Positions 1-8,543 of a stretch of DNA of 24,000 nucleotides are shown here, in pieces. How positions within the stretch are numbered: the stretch's first letter is position 1; each line of letters opens with the position of its first letter. The stretch comes from Candidatus Scotarchaeum otlingeri (lineage in GTDB: Archaea; Thermoproteota; Nitrososphaeria; Geothermarchaeales; JDFR-13): assembly GCA_002011075.2 (NCBI GenBank), contig MTMA02000006.1:332860-356859 (forward strand), in the 5' to 3' direction. Under the pieces are notes generated by a model, which was not told the DNA's origin, did no database searches, and saw only the letters and a program-made list of their open reading frames with translations. A program made the translations under genes and the position numbers.

Positions 1-1
1 C

Positions 2-373
2 AAGGGTGAATCGGGAACATATATTATGTATAGTTATGCGCGTGCATCAGGTGTTATGAGGAAGATCGATAAATACAGTGTTAGAGAATTATATCTTGAT
101 GGTATGGATCCGGTAGAGGACAGGTTTCTTATGGAGCTATCTAGATTCAGACTAAGGCTAGTTGATGTAGCGAGAGATTTAGAGGTCAAGAGATTAACCC
201 GATACATATATAACTTATCCTTAATATTTAACGAGTTTTATGAGAAATGTCCCATTATAAAGGCCGATAGTTCTGAGGTTAGGAATAGAAGAATATTGTT
301 GACAAAGGCGTATATGTCTGTGATGGAGGTGTTGAGTGGATTATTAGGTTTTAAGTTAGTAGGGAGAATGTAA
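2..373 (+). CDS. argS: Arginyl-tRNA synthetase, C-terminal fragment (5' end lies outside the window)
   Basis: The frame is open from the window edge (KGESGTYIMYSYARASGV...). The tail resembles a DALR anticodon-binding domain (...YIYNLSLIFNEFYEKCPI...NRRILLTKAYMSVMEVLSGLLGFKLVGRM) and ends in Met, as is typical of ArgRS. Confidence 0.8.
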   Translation, partial: KGESGTYIMYSYARASGVMRKIDKYSVRELYLDGMDPVEDRFLMELSRFRLRLVDVARDLEVKRLTRYIYNLSLIFNEFYEKCPIIKADSSEVRNRRILLTKAYMSVMEVLSGLLGFKLVGRM

Positions 374-1345
374 ACTATATTTCTTGAGGAAACGTATGAT
401 AAAGCTCCCTATGTATTTGGAGAGTATGGGGGGCACTGCTTCACCCACCTGATTATACATATTCTCAACGGGTCCTTTGAAGATATGGTTATCCGGGAAT
501 GACATTAGTCTAGCCTGTTCCCTAACAGTCAATATCCTATTTTCAAATGGATGAATAAATCTCGATCTCCCCATTACAGTCGGGGAAATCCTATGGGGAT
601 GTAGCCTTATAAACTGTTTATACACCTTATTTCCCCTTCCCAAGAAGAACTGTGTCGCCTCGCCCCATCTCAATCTAACGATCCTATTGTATAATTTATC
701 CGAGATATGGACATAATCATGGTTGGGGATATTAGTAGGGTATCGGGGATCGCCTAAGTCTCCAATGGCATCCCATACCGAACTATATTTCTCGATTCCA
801 TCCCTATGAATGGGTATATTGGATATAAACACTCTCTTCCTATGGCTTGGACAGCCATATCTCTCGGCTAATAATATATTGAAATATATCTTTCTATACC
901 CCCCTCTTCCAAACTCCCTAATAATACTTTTCTTGATTATTGGCTGTAGAATCCCAGGCACATTTTCGATAATAAATATCTTCGGCTTCAGATCTAGGAT
1001 TATTCTAATAGCCTCAAGTGTAAGCCTACCCCTAGGATCAGTATATAATCTATCCAAAGGATCATCCATCAATCTCTGGCTAACGGATGTGAAGGATTCA
1101 CATGGAGGCGAAGCAACGACGATATCCACCTTATCAACCTGATGTAATATATCAAGTGAATGTATATTCCTAATATCATCAATATGGGTCTCAACCCAAC
1201 CTAAGTTGCTTCTATAAGTTTCAATGACATAAGGATCTATATCTACAGCATATACTGGTTCTAGACCGGCTTCAATGAGGCCCCTAGTAAATCCCCCTCC
1301 ACCACAAAATAGATCTATGAAGCATGGACCCGTGTTGCTGGCCAT
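356..1345 (-). CDS. DNA (cytosine-5) methyltransferase, Dcm family
   Basis: C5-MTase motifs occur in the canonical order: I FIDLFCGGGGFTRG, IV ASPPCESFT (catalytic Cys), VI ENVPG, VIII-like SHRKRVFI, IX TVREQARLMSFPD, X QVGEAVPP. The gene overlaps the argS 3' end convergently by 18 nt. Confidence 0.85.
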   Translation of the reverse strand: MASNTGPCFIDLFCGGGGFTRGLIEAGLEPVYAVDIDPYVIETYRSNLGWVETHIDDIRNIHSLDILHQVDKVDIVVASPPCESFTSVSQRLMDDPLDRLYTDPRGRLTLEAIRIILDLKPKIFIIENVPGILQPIIKKSIIREFGRGGYRKIYFNILLAERYGCPSHRKRVFISNIPIHRDGIEKYSSVWDAIGDLGDPRYPTNIPNHDYVHISDKLYNRIVRLRWGEATQFFLGRGNKVYKQFIRLHPHRISPTVMGRSRFIHPFENRILTVREQARLMSFPDNHIFKGPVENMYNQVGEAVPPILSKYIGSFIIRFLKKYSLHSPY

Positions 1346-1429
1346 TCGACCCCCCTAGATATAGTGATACAATAAATAGGTAAATAATTAAAAAATTATA
1401 TTATTTCATGGCTAAATGGGTGAAGGATA

Positions 1430-1885
1430 TTGCTGATAACATTAATACATAATTCATATAGTTCAGTTAAGCTCGTCGATGCAGCCAGAGTATGTCTGCT
1501 ATTCGATTCGGATCTTATTGTTATATCTAAAGCTACAAGCTCTGCTGCCCAGACCGGTGTCCCAGAAGTGGAGAAGTTGGCCTTTAAAAGGGGCGGTAAG
1601 GTCTTATATGTACCGGACCTGATAGATGCCATTGAATTATTGGGTCCCGATAAGTTCTATATGGTCGTACCCAAGAGGTTGGGGAAGGAGAAACTGGATT
1701 TTAATTTGTTGAAGGAGGAATTGTCTAGTGATCTAAAGGTTATGATCGGTGTTTCAGGCGGTCACACCAGTTTTTCACTAAAAGAATTGGAAAATGGCTA
1801 TCCAGTATACATTGATGATATTGATGAGAACTTATCTCCTTCGGCTGTATTTGCAATAATTCTCTATAGTTTAAAGGTTACATAG
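1430..1885 (+). CDS. Conserved archaeal protein, DUF531/COG4080-like (SPOUT-fold; formerly annotated 'RecB-family nuclease')
   Basis: A 151-aa ORF with a TTG start (a stop lies 3 codons upstream in frame). The pattern ...SKATSSAAQTGVPEVEKLAFKRGGKVLYVPDLIDAIELL... matches my recollection of this archaeal family. The assignment is from memory only. Confidence 0.45.
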   Translation: MLITLIHNSYSSVKLVDAARVCLLFDSDLIVISKATSSAAQTGVPEVEKLAFKRGGKVLYVPDLIDAIELLGPDKFYMVVPKRLGKEKLDFNLLKEELSSDLKVMIGVSGGHTSFSLKELENGYPVYIDDIDENLSPSAVFAIILYSLKVT

Positions 1886-1899
1886 AAATAGTTTACTTG

Positions 1900-2610
1900 A
1901 TGTCTATAACTATATTGCGGTATACAATATTTACTATACTAATGATTATTCCAGCATATCAAGATATCAAAAGTAGATTTATCGATGATAGAATCTGGCT
2001 AGTTCAAGGTGTGATAGGATATCCGCTATTATTGATGGACCAATCCGTTTTATCAGTTGGAATCTATAGATATCTAGCTAACATGATAATGTATACACTT
2101 ATTTTCATAATTATCCACAGATTTTCTATGATTGGCGAGGCGGATATAATAGCATTAATGATGGTTTTCACATTGTTTCCTCTGTCTCCAGTAGGACCTA
2201 AGAGTCTTCACTATGTTCCTTTTAATTATCCACTAAGAATTTTTCTTATGACATTGATATCGGCTCTAATTTATAATATCATGTATAATCTATTGAGCAA
2301 TTATCGTTATTGGGTTCTTAATAACCAGCTCTTTAAAGATGAACTATCCTTTTGCATGAAAGTGATATTATGCTTGATTGCTAGAAAGGAAGTGGCTGCT
2401 AGAATCGATAATATAAAAATCTACTCATTAGAAGTTATAGACTCGGATGGACTTAGACGTATAAGACTTATGCCCTCCATAAAAGATATCAATGATGCAA
2501 TTAAGCCATATAATAATGATGAATATATGTGGACTACCTCAGGTATTCCACTAATCTCATGGCTAACATTAATATTAATATTATATCCCATCATGGAGGT
2601 AATGTTATAA
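1900..2610 (+). CDS. Type IV prepilin / preflagellin peptidase (A24 family, PibD/FlaK-like)
   Basis: Polytopic membrane protein carrying the two aspartyl motifs of TFPP peptidases: PAYQDIKSRFIDD (Asp at about residue 23) and SMIGEADIIALMM (a GxGD-type motif, Asp at about residue 83). ATG is at 1900, and TTG at 1897 is the alternative used in the ORF track. Confidence 0.7.
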   Translation: MSITILRYTIFTILMIIPAYQDIKSRFIDDRIWLVQGVIGYPLLLMDQSVLSVGIYRYLANMIMYTLIFIIIHRFSMIGEADIIALMMVFTLFPLSPVGPKSLHYVPFNYPLRIFLMTLISALIYNIMYNLLSNYRYWVLNNQLFKDELSFCMKVILCLIARKEVAARIDNIKIYSLEVIDSDGLRRIRLMPSIKDINDAIKPYNNDEYMWTTSGIPLISWLTLILILYPIMEVML

Positions 2611-2708
2611 TATTATAGACACGAGTCAGATAAGCATTCATCCATCATTCGACACATTCGTTATATAATGAAATGCTTTAATATGAGACAAGTTATTGTT
2701 AGCTATGG

Positions 2709-2762
2709 ATGATGAGGCTGTCCCAGTATGAATTTTGATGATTAAAGAACTGGGGTATCTGA
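2709..2762 (+). ncRNA. Candidate C/D-box sRNA (2'-O-methylation guide)
   Basis: It lies in the 229-nt intergenic gap. Layout: C box ATGATGA (2709-2715), 12-nt spacer, D'-like ATGA (2728-2731), 3-nt loop, C' TTGATGA (2735-2741), 17-nt spacer, D box CTGA (2759-2762). The total of 54 nt is typical for archaeal sRNAs. The second spacer is longer than the usual ~12 nt and the D' box is degenerate. Confidence 0.35.
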
Positions 2763-2839
2763 CAATAATATTAATGGCATTTTCGAATGAAACAGAATAA
2801 TTAGCATATTTTTCTGGATGTATAATATTATAATTATTA

Positions 2840-4357
2840 ATGATGAATAGAATAATCCTCAAAAATTGTAATATATATACAATGAGTAGCGAGAGACCTA
2901 ATGCAAAGGTATTATGTATAGAGAATGGAGTAATATCATATGTAGGAGAACAGATCCCTTCTAAATTCTCAGGTAAAATCATAGATTTAGGAGGTAGAAC
3001 AGTTCTTCCAGGGTTTATAGATTCACATATGCATTTATCATCTTATGCTCTGATGCAGGTTACTACCGATCTCTCAGGAACCAAATCTATTGAGGAGTTA
3101 AAATACAGACTAAAAGCGGCGAAAAATCAAGATGTACCCTGGATATATGGTAGAGGTTGGGATCATGAAGAATTTAGTGATAAAAGACTGCCTTCTAGAA
3201 AGGATTTAGATGAAGTATCTGTTGATATGCCAATCTTAATAGTACGTAAATGTGGACATGTTGGCATAGTTAATTCGTTAGGTATAAGGAAAATAATCGA
3301 TTTAGGATTGGCAAGAAATAGTAGTAATCAAGCAGAATTAAGTCAGGGGGTTCTATACGAAGAAACCTTATATAGAGTCATAAAACATGTGCATTCTCAA
3401 TTATTGTCACCATCAACATTAAGGAGCGCCATCGAAAATATAGTCAAGAAAGGGATAACCTCTATTCATTGGATGAGTGCCGATACATTTTCGATAAAAA
3501 AATTAGTAGAGGCCTTTAAAGGAAATCTCCCTATTAGGATATTTATCTACCTTAGTTCTGAGCATCTCAGTAAATTTCGTGATATAAAAGCTTCTTATGA
3601 AAATGGAAAGATAAAGATCATTGGAATCAAACTATTTATGGATGGATCCTTTGGTGCAAGAACAGCTGCGCTTAGATCAGGCTATGATGATGAGCCTCAT
3701 AATATGGGCATTCTAAATATGAATGCCGCTGAGCTGATATCTTCAATATTGAGGTGCATCAAATTAGGAGCAAAAATAGCCATTCATATTATTGGAGATA
3801 GAGCATTGGAAATAATGTTAGATGCATTAGAAAGGCTCGATAGATCTATTATAAAGCATATTAGAATAGAGCATTTATCTCTATTACCAGATGACTTATT
3901 TACAAAGATAAAACGCTATTTACCATTAAAGGTTTCTATTCAGCCTAGATTTGTAACATCTGATTTTTGGATAAGAGATCGTCTAGGTAAGAGAGCCAAA
4001 TATACATATAGATTTAACTCTATGAAAAAAATAGGCTTTATAATGGGAATAGGTTCAGATGCACCGGTTGAAGAAATAGATCCTTGGATACATATAATAT
4101 CCGCCATAAACGGCCCATACGTCAATCCTCTTGAAGCAATCGACATTAAGACGGCCATAGAGTTATACACCATTGGAAGTTCAAATCTAATAAACTCTAT
4201 AGGGCTTGGAACCTTAAGAAAGGGATACTATGCGGATTTGATAGTCTTAGATAAAGATCCATTTAGATGCACGCTAGAAGAACTTAGAGATATAAAAGTA
4301 TTAATGACTATGGTTGATGGAGTAATATTATTTGATAGGATTAATGTAAAGAAGTAA
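2840..4357 (+). CDS. Metal-dependent amidohydrolase, YtcJ-like (Amidohydro_3 family)
   Basis: Family motifs are present: VLPGFIDSHMHL, KLFMDGSFGARTAAL, AIHIIGDRA, RIEHLS, GSDAPVEEIDP. The length of 505 aa is typical of the family. Confidence 0.85.
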   Translation: MMNRIILKNCNIYTMSSERPNAKVLCIENGVISYVGEQIPSKFSGKIIDLGGRTVLPGFIDSHMHLSSYALMQVTTDLSGTKSIEELKYRLKAAKNQDVPWIYGRGWDHEEFSDKRLPSRKDLDEVSVDMPILIVRKCGHVGIVNSLGIRKIIDLGLARNSSNQAELSQGVLYEETLYRVIKHVHSQLLSPSTLRSAIENIVKKGITSIHWMSADTFSIKKLVEAFKGNLPIRIFIYLSSEHLSKFRDIKASYENGKIKIIGIKLFMDGSFGARTAALRSGYDDEPHNMGILNMNAAELISSILRCIKLGAKIAIHIIGDRALEIMLDALERLDRSIIKHIRIEHLSLLPDDLFTKIKRYLPLKVSIQPRFVTSDFWIRDRLGKRAKYTYRFNSMKKIGFIMGIGSDAPVEEIDPWIHIISAINGPYVNPLEAIDIKTAIELYTIGSSNLINSIGLGTLRKGYYADLIVLDKDPFRCTLEELRDIKVLMTMVDGVILFDRINVKK

Positions 4358-5434
4358 CTTCGATAAACGATTAATTATTCTCTTTCTCTCGAGATTCGCC
4401 TTTGAGGCTAGTTCATCAAAATAGCTAATCACTTCATCATATACATCTTTATCTATAGGAAATGGTACGCCATCCTTACCTCCTACTGCAAAAGTATACC
4501 TAACAGGATCCCTCTTTGAAGGCTCTACACCATATATTACCTCAGATATTAGGGATAAAGCCCTTATCGTTGACGGACCTATTCCCCGTATACTAATTAA
4601 TTCTTCTAGATTAGAAGGCTGCGTCTCATATGCTTTTTTAATTGCTTTCCAATTAATTCTTGTTGGCATAGCCAAGGTTTTAATCCGGCTACCTGTTTTC
4701 TTCTCAATCCAAAAATTAAGGCCAATATGAGAGTAATACTTCATATTGTCTAGATCCTTTTTGAATCGATCCTTCTCTTTAACAATATCTATTATTACTC
4801 TATTTGTCTCAGAGCTTTCTCTCGATGTCAAATCTATTACCTCCCTATGAGCTAGATCTCCGATCATTCCTGAATGTGGTTCTATAACATAGCTACTTAA
4901 ACTGGATGACGCCCAGTGATACCTCCGTGCATATTTTATGGTCGGGTTCATTCCCTGCTGTATTATGCTCCAATTATTATGTTCATCAAAGAAGATTGTG
5001 TGGTGATAAAGATAATACCCATCTAATAATAGGGTATTATCTACCTTTGCCGCTATCCTACTTGTATAAATAATTTTTTCTTTATCTATAGCATCAATCC
5101 GATGCGAAATCCCCTCGATCTCATCTATCGTGTTACGTGCATGAATTCCCTTTCCCCCTGCTATAAAAATTCCTATATCCTCGTTTCTGCATGCATCCTT
5201 TAAGGCGGATGTAACTACAGTCGTTAGCCCCGATGAATGCCAATCAAACCCTAAAACACACCCTAATGCTTGAAACCATATGGGATCAGCTAATCTATTA
5301 AGTAACTCCTTGACCCCAAAATCCTCTATTATTATATATAAAATTTTCTCTCCAAGGTCCACCATCCTATTATATAACCATTTAGGTACATATCCTGTAT
5401 GCAAAGGCAAATATGCATAACCTGTTCGTCTCAT
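4328..5434 (-). CDS. DUF763 family protein with C-terminal helix-hairpin-helix
   Basis: MRRTGYAYLPLHTGYVPKWLYNRMVDLG matches the conserved DUF763 N-terminus. An HhH-like segment, LISIRGIGPSTIRALSLISEVIYG, lies near the C-terminus. The longest ORF extends to 5557 but would overlap the divergent pilin start, so I prefer the ATG at 5434. Confidence 0.65.
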   Translation of the reverse strand: MRRTGYAYLPLHTGYVPKWLYNRMVDLGEKILYIIIEDFGVKELLNRLADPIWFQALGCVLGFDWHSSGLTTVVTSALKDACRNEDIGIFIAGGKGIHARNTIDEIEGISHRIDAIDKEKIIYTSRIAAKVDNTLLLDGYYLYHHTIFFDEHNNWSIIQQGMNPTIKYARRYHWASSSLSSYVIEPHSGMIGDLAHREVIDLTSRESSETNRVIIDIVKEKDRFKKDLDNMKYYSHIGLNFWIEKKTGSRIKTLAMPTRINWKAIKKAYETQPSNLEELISIRGIGPSTIRALSLISEVIYGVEPSKRDPVRYTFAVGGKDGVPFPIDKDVYDEVISYFDELASKANLERKRIINRLSKLLLYINPIK

Positions 5435-5518
5435 CACTCCATATAGAGTAAAAACCTTGGCATTATAAGTATTAAATAATTCCTCTGGCGGTCGCTTCTC
5501 TATTCTTTTAAACAGCTG

Positions 5519-5527
5519 AAATATAAA
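5519..5527 (+). promoter_or_regulatory. Putative TATA box of the pilus operon (leaderless or short-leader transcript)
   Basis: AAATATAAA is centred about 25 nt upstream of the ATG at 5548. This matches crenarchaeal TATA-to-TSS spacing. Confidence 0.3.
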
Positions 5528-5547
5528 GGAGGGTTGAGGCGTAAAAT

Positions 5548-5985
5548 ATGAGTCCATATATCAATAGATATTTTAATAAAAGAAAAGGCGTATCAGTATT
5601 TTTGCAAATCGTTATTCTGGTGATAATCGTTTTAGCCTTAGGTGTCATGGTATATAGCGGAGCCTCCGGGCTGATGAATAACTGGTTTACCAATAGACAA
5701 ATCAATGTATTAGGAGCGTTCACGATCGGCTCTAACATAATAGTAAATGCCAAAAACGCAGGTAACATACCGGTTACAATAGAATCAATTGAAATACTTG
5801 ATATGAATGGAGTAATTATAGCAAACACCTCGGCAGACTTGCCACTAACATTACAACCCGGTGATGCAGCTAAAATTACCCTAACCATAGACCCTGCAGC
5901 CACAATATCCCAAGGCGACATAGTAGACATCTATATCTACATTGAGAATGGAGAAATATTCAAAGTAAGGCTCTCTCTTCAATGA
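5548..5985 (+). CDS. Archaeal type IV pilin-like protein (class III signal peptide)
   Basis: The N-terminus MSPYINRYFNKRKG|VSVFLQIVILVIIVLALGVMVY has a basic region, Lys-Gly at -2/-1, and then a hydrophobic helix. This is the PibD/FlaK cleavage-site pattern. A small beta-rich C-terminal domain follows. Confidence 0.75.
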   Translation: MSPYINRYFNKRKGVSVFLQIVILVIIVLALGVMVYSGASGLMNNWFTNRQINVLGAFTIGSNIIVNAKNAGNIPVTIESIEILDMNGVIIANTSADLPLTLQPGDAAKITLTIDPAATISQGDIVDIYIYIENGEIFKVRLSLQ

Positions 5986-6001
5986 AGGGTGATAGACTAA
6001 G

Positions 6002-6436
6002 GTGAAAGCTGTCACCCCACTAATAGCCACATCAATACTAATACTCATAGTTATATCTCTAATCTCACTATTAATGTACCAAACCCCATCATTAGTAAAT
6101 ACCGAAGTTAGCAGCTTATCAAGTCAATACCTAGAGTTATCCACAAACAACGGAGTACATATAGAATTCATAGCACATGCGATCAATGGATCCTCTCACT
6201 ATATATATTTATATAATTACGGCTGGACACCAGCGATTATAAGCAACATATATATAAACGATTCACTTGAGATAAATGATTTCACCATCTTTGTTGATAC
6301 CATAGAAAATGAGGCCTCTACATTAGAACCAAAGAAAATTTCAATTATAAAAATCAATTATACTGGAAGCATGAACTCTATAACCCTAATTCTAAACCAT
6401 ATAATTAAACTCAGGTGGATTATTAATGAATCGTAG
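6002..6436 (+). CDS. Archaeal type IV pilin-like protein (class III signal peptide)
   Basis: GTG start. The N-terminus MKA|VTPLIATSILILIVISLISLL resembles the conserved archaeal pilin/archaellin N-terminal motif (xSPVIATVLLIAI-like). A beta-rich domain follows (YIYLYNYGWTPAIISNIYIND). Confidence 0.7.
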   Translation: MKAVTPLIATSILILIVISLISLLMYQTPSLVNTEVSSLSSQYLELSTNNGVHIEFIAHAINGSSHYIYLYNYGWTPAIISNIYINDSLEINDFTIFVDTIENEASTLEPKKISIIKINYTGSMNSITLILNHIIKLRWIINES

Positions 6437-8543
6437 AAAAGGAGTGTCAAATCTCGTCGCATTTGTATTGATACTAATAATTGCTATCAGCATAATGAGT
6501 AGCTATATATACCTAGACTTTGCTAGAAACAGATATTTCTCCTCTATAGAAAAGTCTGTTGAACTTCTAGGCTCACGAAGTAAAGAAAGTATCGTTCTTA
6601 TAATCGATGAAAATAACCCACAAAGAATTATTATAGAGAGTCGCTGGACAAATAGCTCTACAATAAAATATTTGATCACCCTAGATAGTAATAATAAAAT
6701 AGAAACGATTCCCCTAAATATGGCGTTACCTCCACTAGAAAAGATTAGTGTTAACCTAAAAGAACCTTATAATACTTATAAATCTATATATATCGTAACT
6801 TCTTTGGGAAACGTATATAATCCATCTTTAAATTCATCTGCAATGAGAACTAATAATCTCGTATCAGACAAAAAAATTTTCTCATTAAACTATCTAACTG
6901 GCATCGATGCTAATGAAATTAAGATACTGGGTCATAACACTGCCGCCCTTAAGATAACTGACCTCTCAGGAGCTAAACAATTATTTATTTTCAACATGAT
7001 AGATGGCCAAATAATAAGTATAAATCATTTTTCATCCAGTAACGGCCGTATCCGAATTTATGCCAATTCTATATACTTCGAGAATGAAATAAATTATGTA
7101 GACATTAACGGAGAATTATTTATGCTCGATAATCCTATATCTGCTGTTTGCTATATTGGGAAAAAATATATTATCGTTAGGGGACTTGACTATGCATATA
7201 TAATCCATGACAACACAACAATCAGAAAAATACAGTTTTTGTATCGAAATATCGAGTGTATTTTTAGAGATAAAGATATAATATTATATTCCCGTGGAAC
7301 TGCAAAGTTATCGAGCACGCGACTATATGCATATCATATATATAGGATTTATGACGGTCGTGTTTTATGGAATAAAGTGATAATATACCCATTTGAATCA
7401 TGGGACATCTCATATATCTCATCATTCACCCCTGGATCCAAAATAATAATATCTAATAGATGGACAACACCACTTTCATATCCTATTTTCGGCTCTGCAA
7501 TTATAGATGACTCTGAAGCCGCAGTAAAATCATATTTGGGGATTCCATCTATCATGCCTAATACAGCATGGGGAAATATAAGCGACGATGATCTTACCGA
7601 TTCACTATATTATGGTAATATTACATTTAACGTAAATAATGGTGAATACCCTATCGTAATCAAGCCCTATGGTGGAGGAATAATTCATAATACTACAGAT
7701 GCATTAGAAAAATATCATCTTTACATCGAAATAGATATCGGATACAAGTTTCCTGAACCAATTTATATAATGTTTTATGCAAAGCTCTTCTACGAATATT
7801 ATGCTCTTCGAATAATTAGATTCTATAACTTAACAAACAATTCTTACATGCTAAATGCATCGATCATCAAGTTTTCTAACGGATTCGAGGAAAAAATTAG
7901 CCAAGATATATATCTTACTAGTAAGATTTCATTAACACGCATATGGATAGATGGCGAAGTAATTAATAATAATCTTATTATTAGGGCGATATTGAAAGCC
8001 ACAGACACAAATATCTATAGCTCAATAAATGAACATACCGGCTTTATAACATTATCAGTAGGAGAATTGCCTATCGGAAGAGGTGAGGGTATAAAAGTAG
8101 ATTCGCTATATAAAGGAAAACTTAAAGTCAAGAAGTTCATCAGTTACTGGAATACGGATATTATTTTTATTCCTATCAGCGAAGAAGAAGTAATATTAGT
8201 CAATAATATATTTATATCTTTCAAAGAGCCCTTCCGGGGATTAATCGGCTATGATGAAAGAGCAGTATACCTATTATCTTTCTCTGTGGCTACTATTTTC
8301 GATCCTATTAAGCTAGACCTAAACAGGTGGCTAACTGGTGAAAATCCCATACTTAAAGACGAAAAATCTATTATTTTACGGTTAGGACTATACAGGAGTG
8401 ACGGATTCAATTTGTATTTTGAGAAGAACTTATTCGATAATAACACACTTCTTTTAGGACTACCCACATATGCAGCAATTGACAATAACATTTTCTGGCT
8501 CATTTATCGACTTCCTAATCAGATATATATCGATAATGGGTGA
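6426..8543 (+). CDS. Large (705 aa) pilin-like / pilus-associated secreted protein with class III signal peptide
   Basis: The N-terminus MNRRKG|VSNLVAFVLILIIAISIM shares the RKGVS cleavage context with the first pilin. The rest is Asn/Tyr/Ile-rich with many N-x-S/T sequons, and I recognise no known domain. It overlaps the preceding gene by 11 nt and the next by 4 nt. Confidence 0.65.
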   Translation: MNRRKGVSNLVAFVLILIIAISIMSSYIYLDFARNRYFSSIEKSVELLGSRSKESIVLIIDENNPQRIIIESRWTNSSTIKYLITLDSNNKIETIPLNMALPPLEKISVNLKEPYNTYKSIYIVTSLGNVYNPSLNSSAMRTNNLVSDKKIFSLNYLTGIDANEIKILGHNTAALKITDLSGAKQLFIFNMIDGQIISINHFSSSNGRIRIYANSIYFENEINYVDINGELFMLDNPISAVCYIGKKYIIVRGLDYAYIIHDNTTIRKIQFLYRNIECIFRDKDIILYSRGTAKLSSTRLYAYHIYRIYDGRVLWNKVIIYPFESWDISYISSFTPGSKIIISNRWTTPLSYPIFGSAIIDDSEAAVKSYLGIPSIMPNTAWGNISDDDLTDSLYYGNITFNVNNGEYPIVIKPYGGGIIHNTTDALEKYHLYIEIDIGYKFPEPIYIMFYAKLFYEYYALRIIRFYNLTNNSYMLNASIIKFSNGFEEKISQDIYLTSKISLTRIWIDGEVINNNLIIRAILKATDTNIYSSINEHTGFITLSVGELPIGRGEGIKVDSLYKGKLKVKKFISYWNTDIIFIPISEEEVILVNNIFISFKEPFRGLIGYDERAVYLLSFSVATIFDPIKLDLNRWLTGENPILKDEKSIILRLGLYRSDGFNLYFEKNLFDNNTLLLGLPTYAAIDNNIFWLIYRLPNQIYIDNG

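Noticed and set aside
810-1142. Many ORFs of 60-140 aa lie antisense to the strong CDS calls: 810-1142, 1396-1632, 2638-2982, 3940-4173, 5508-5930, 7349-7555, 8249-8503, 9022-9225, 10199-10393, 14023-14214, 15882-16091, 16407-16766, 19051-19323, 19333-19680, 20011-20259, 20476-20724, 21408-21719, 23564-23779.
   Set aside because: Each lies entirely or largely inside a longer opposite-strand gene that has clear family motifs. Their translations are low-complexity (Ile/Ser/Leu-rich) with no recognisable motifs. These are typical shadow ORFs in AT-rich DNA. ORF 23564-23779 is antisense to the XRE-HTH gene that runs off the window.
356-1885. Dcm methyltransferase plus the divergent 'RecB-family nuclease' (COG4080) as a restriction-modification pair.
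   Set aside because: As far as I recall, the 'nuclease' label for COG4080/DUF531 is a legacy annotation, and the family is now regarded as SPOUT-like. The ORF contains no PD-(D/E)xK or HNH motif that I could see. I therefore treat the MTase as an orphan.
3675-3735. Additional ATGATGA / CTGA box combinations inside coding genes (for example 2515-2521, 2845-2851, 3683-3733) and an ATGATGA on the minus strand at 23451-23457, as further C/D sRNAs.
   Set aside because: They lack the internal D'/C' pair or a correctly spaced D box, and most lie within well-supported CDSs. Only the intergenic 2709-2762 candidate has the full four-box layout.
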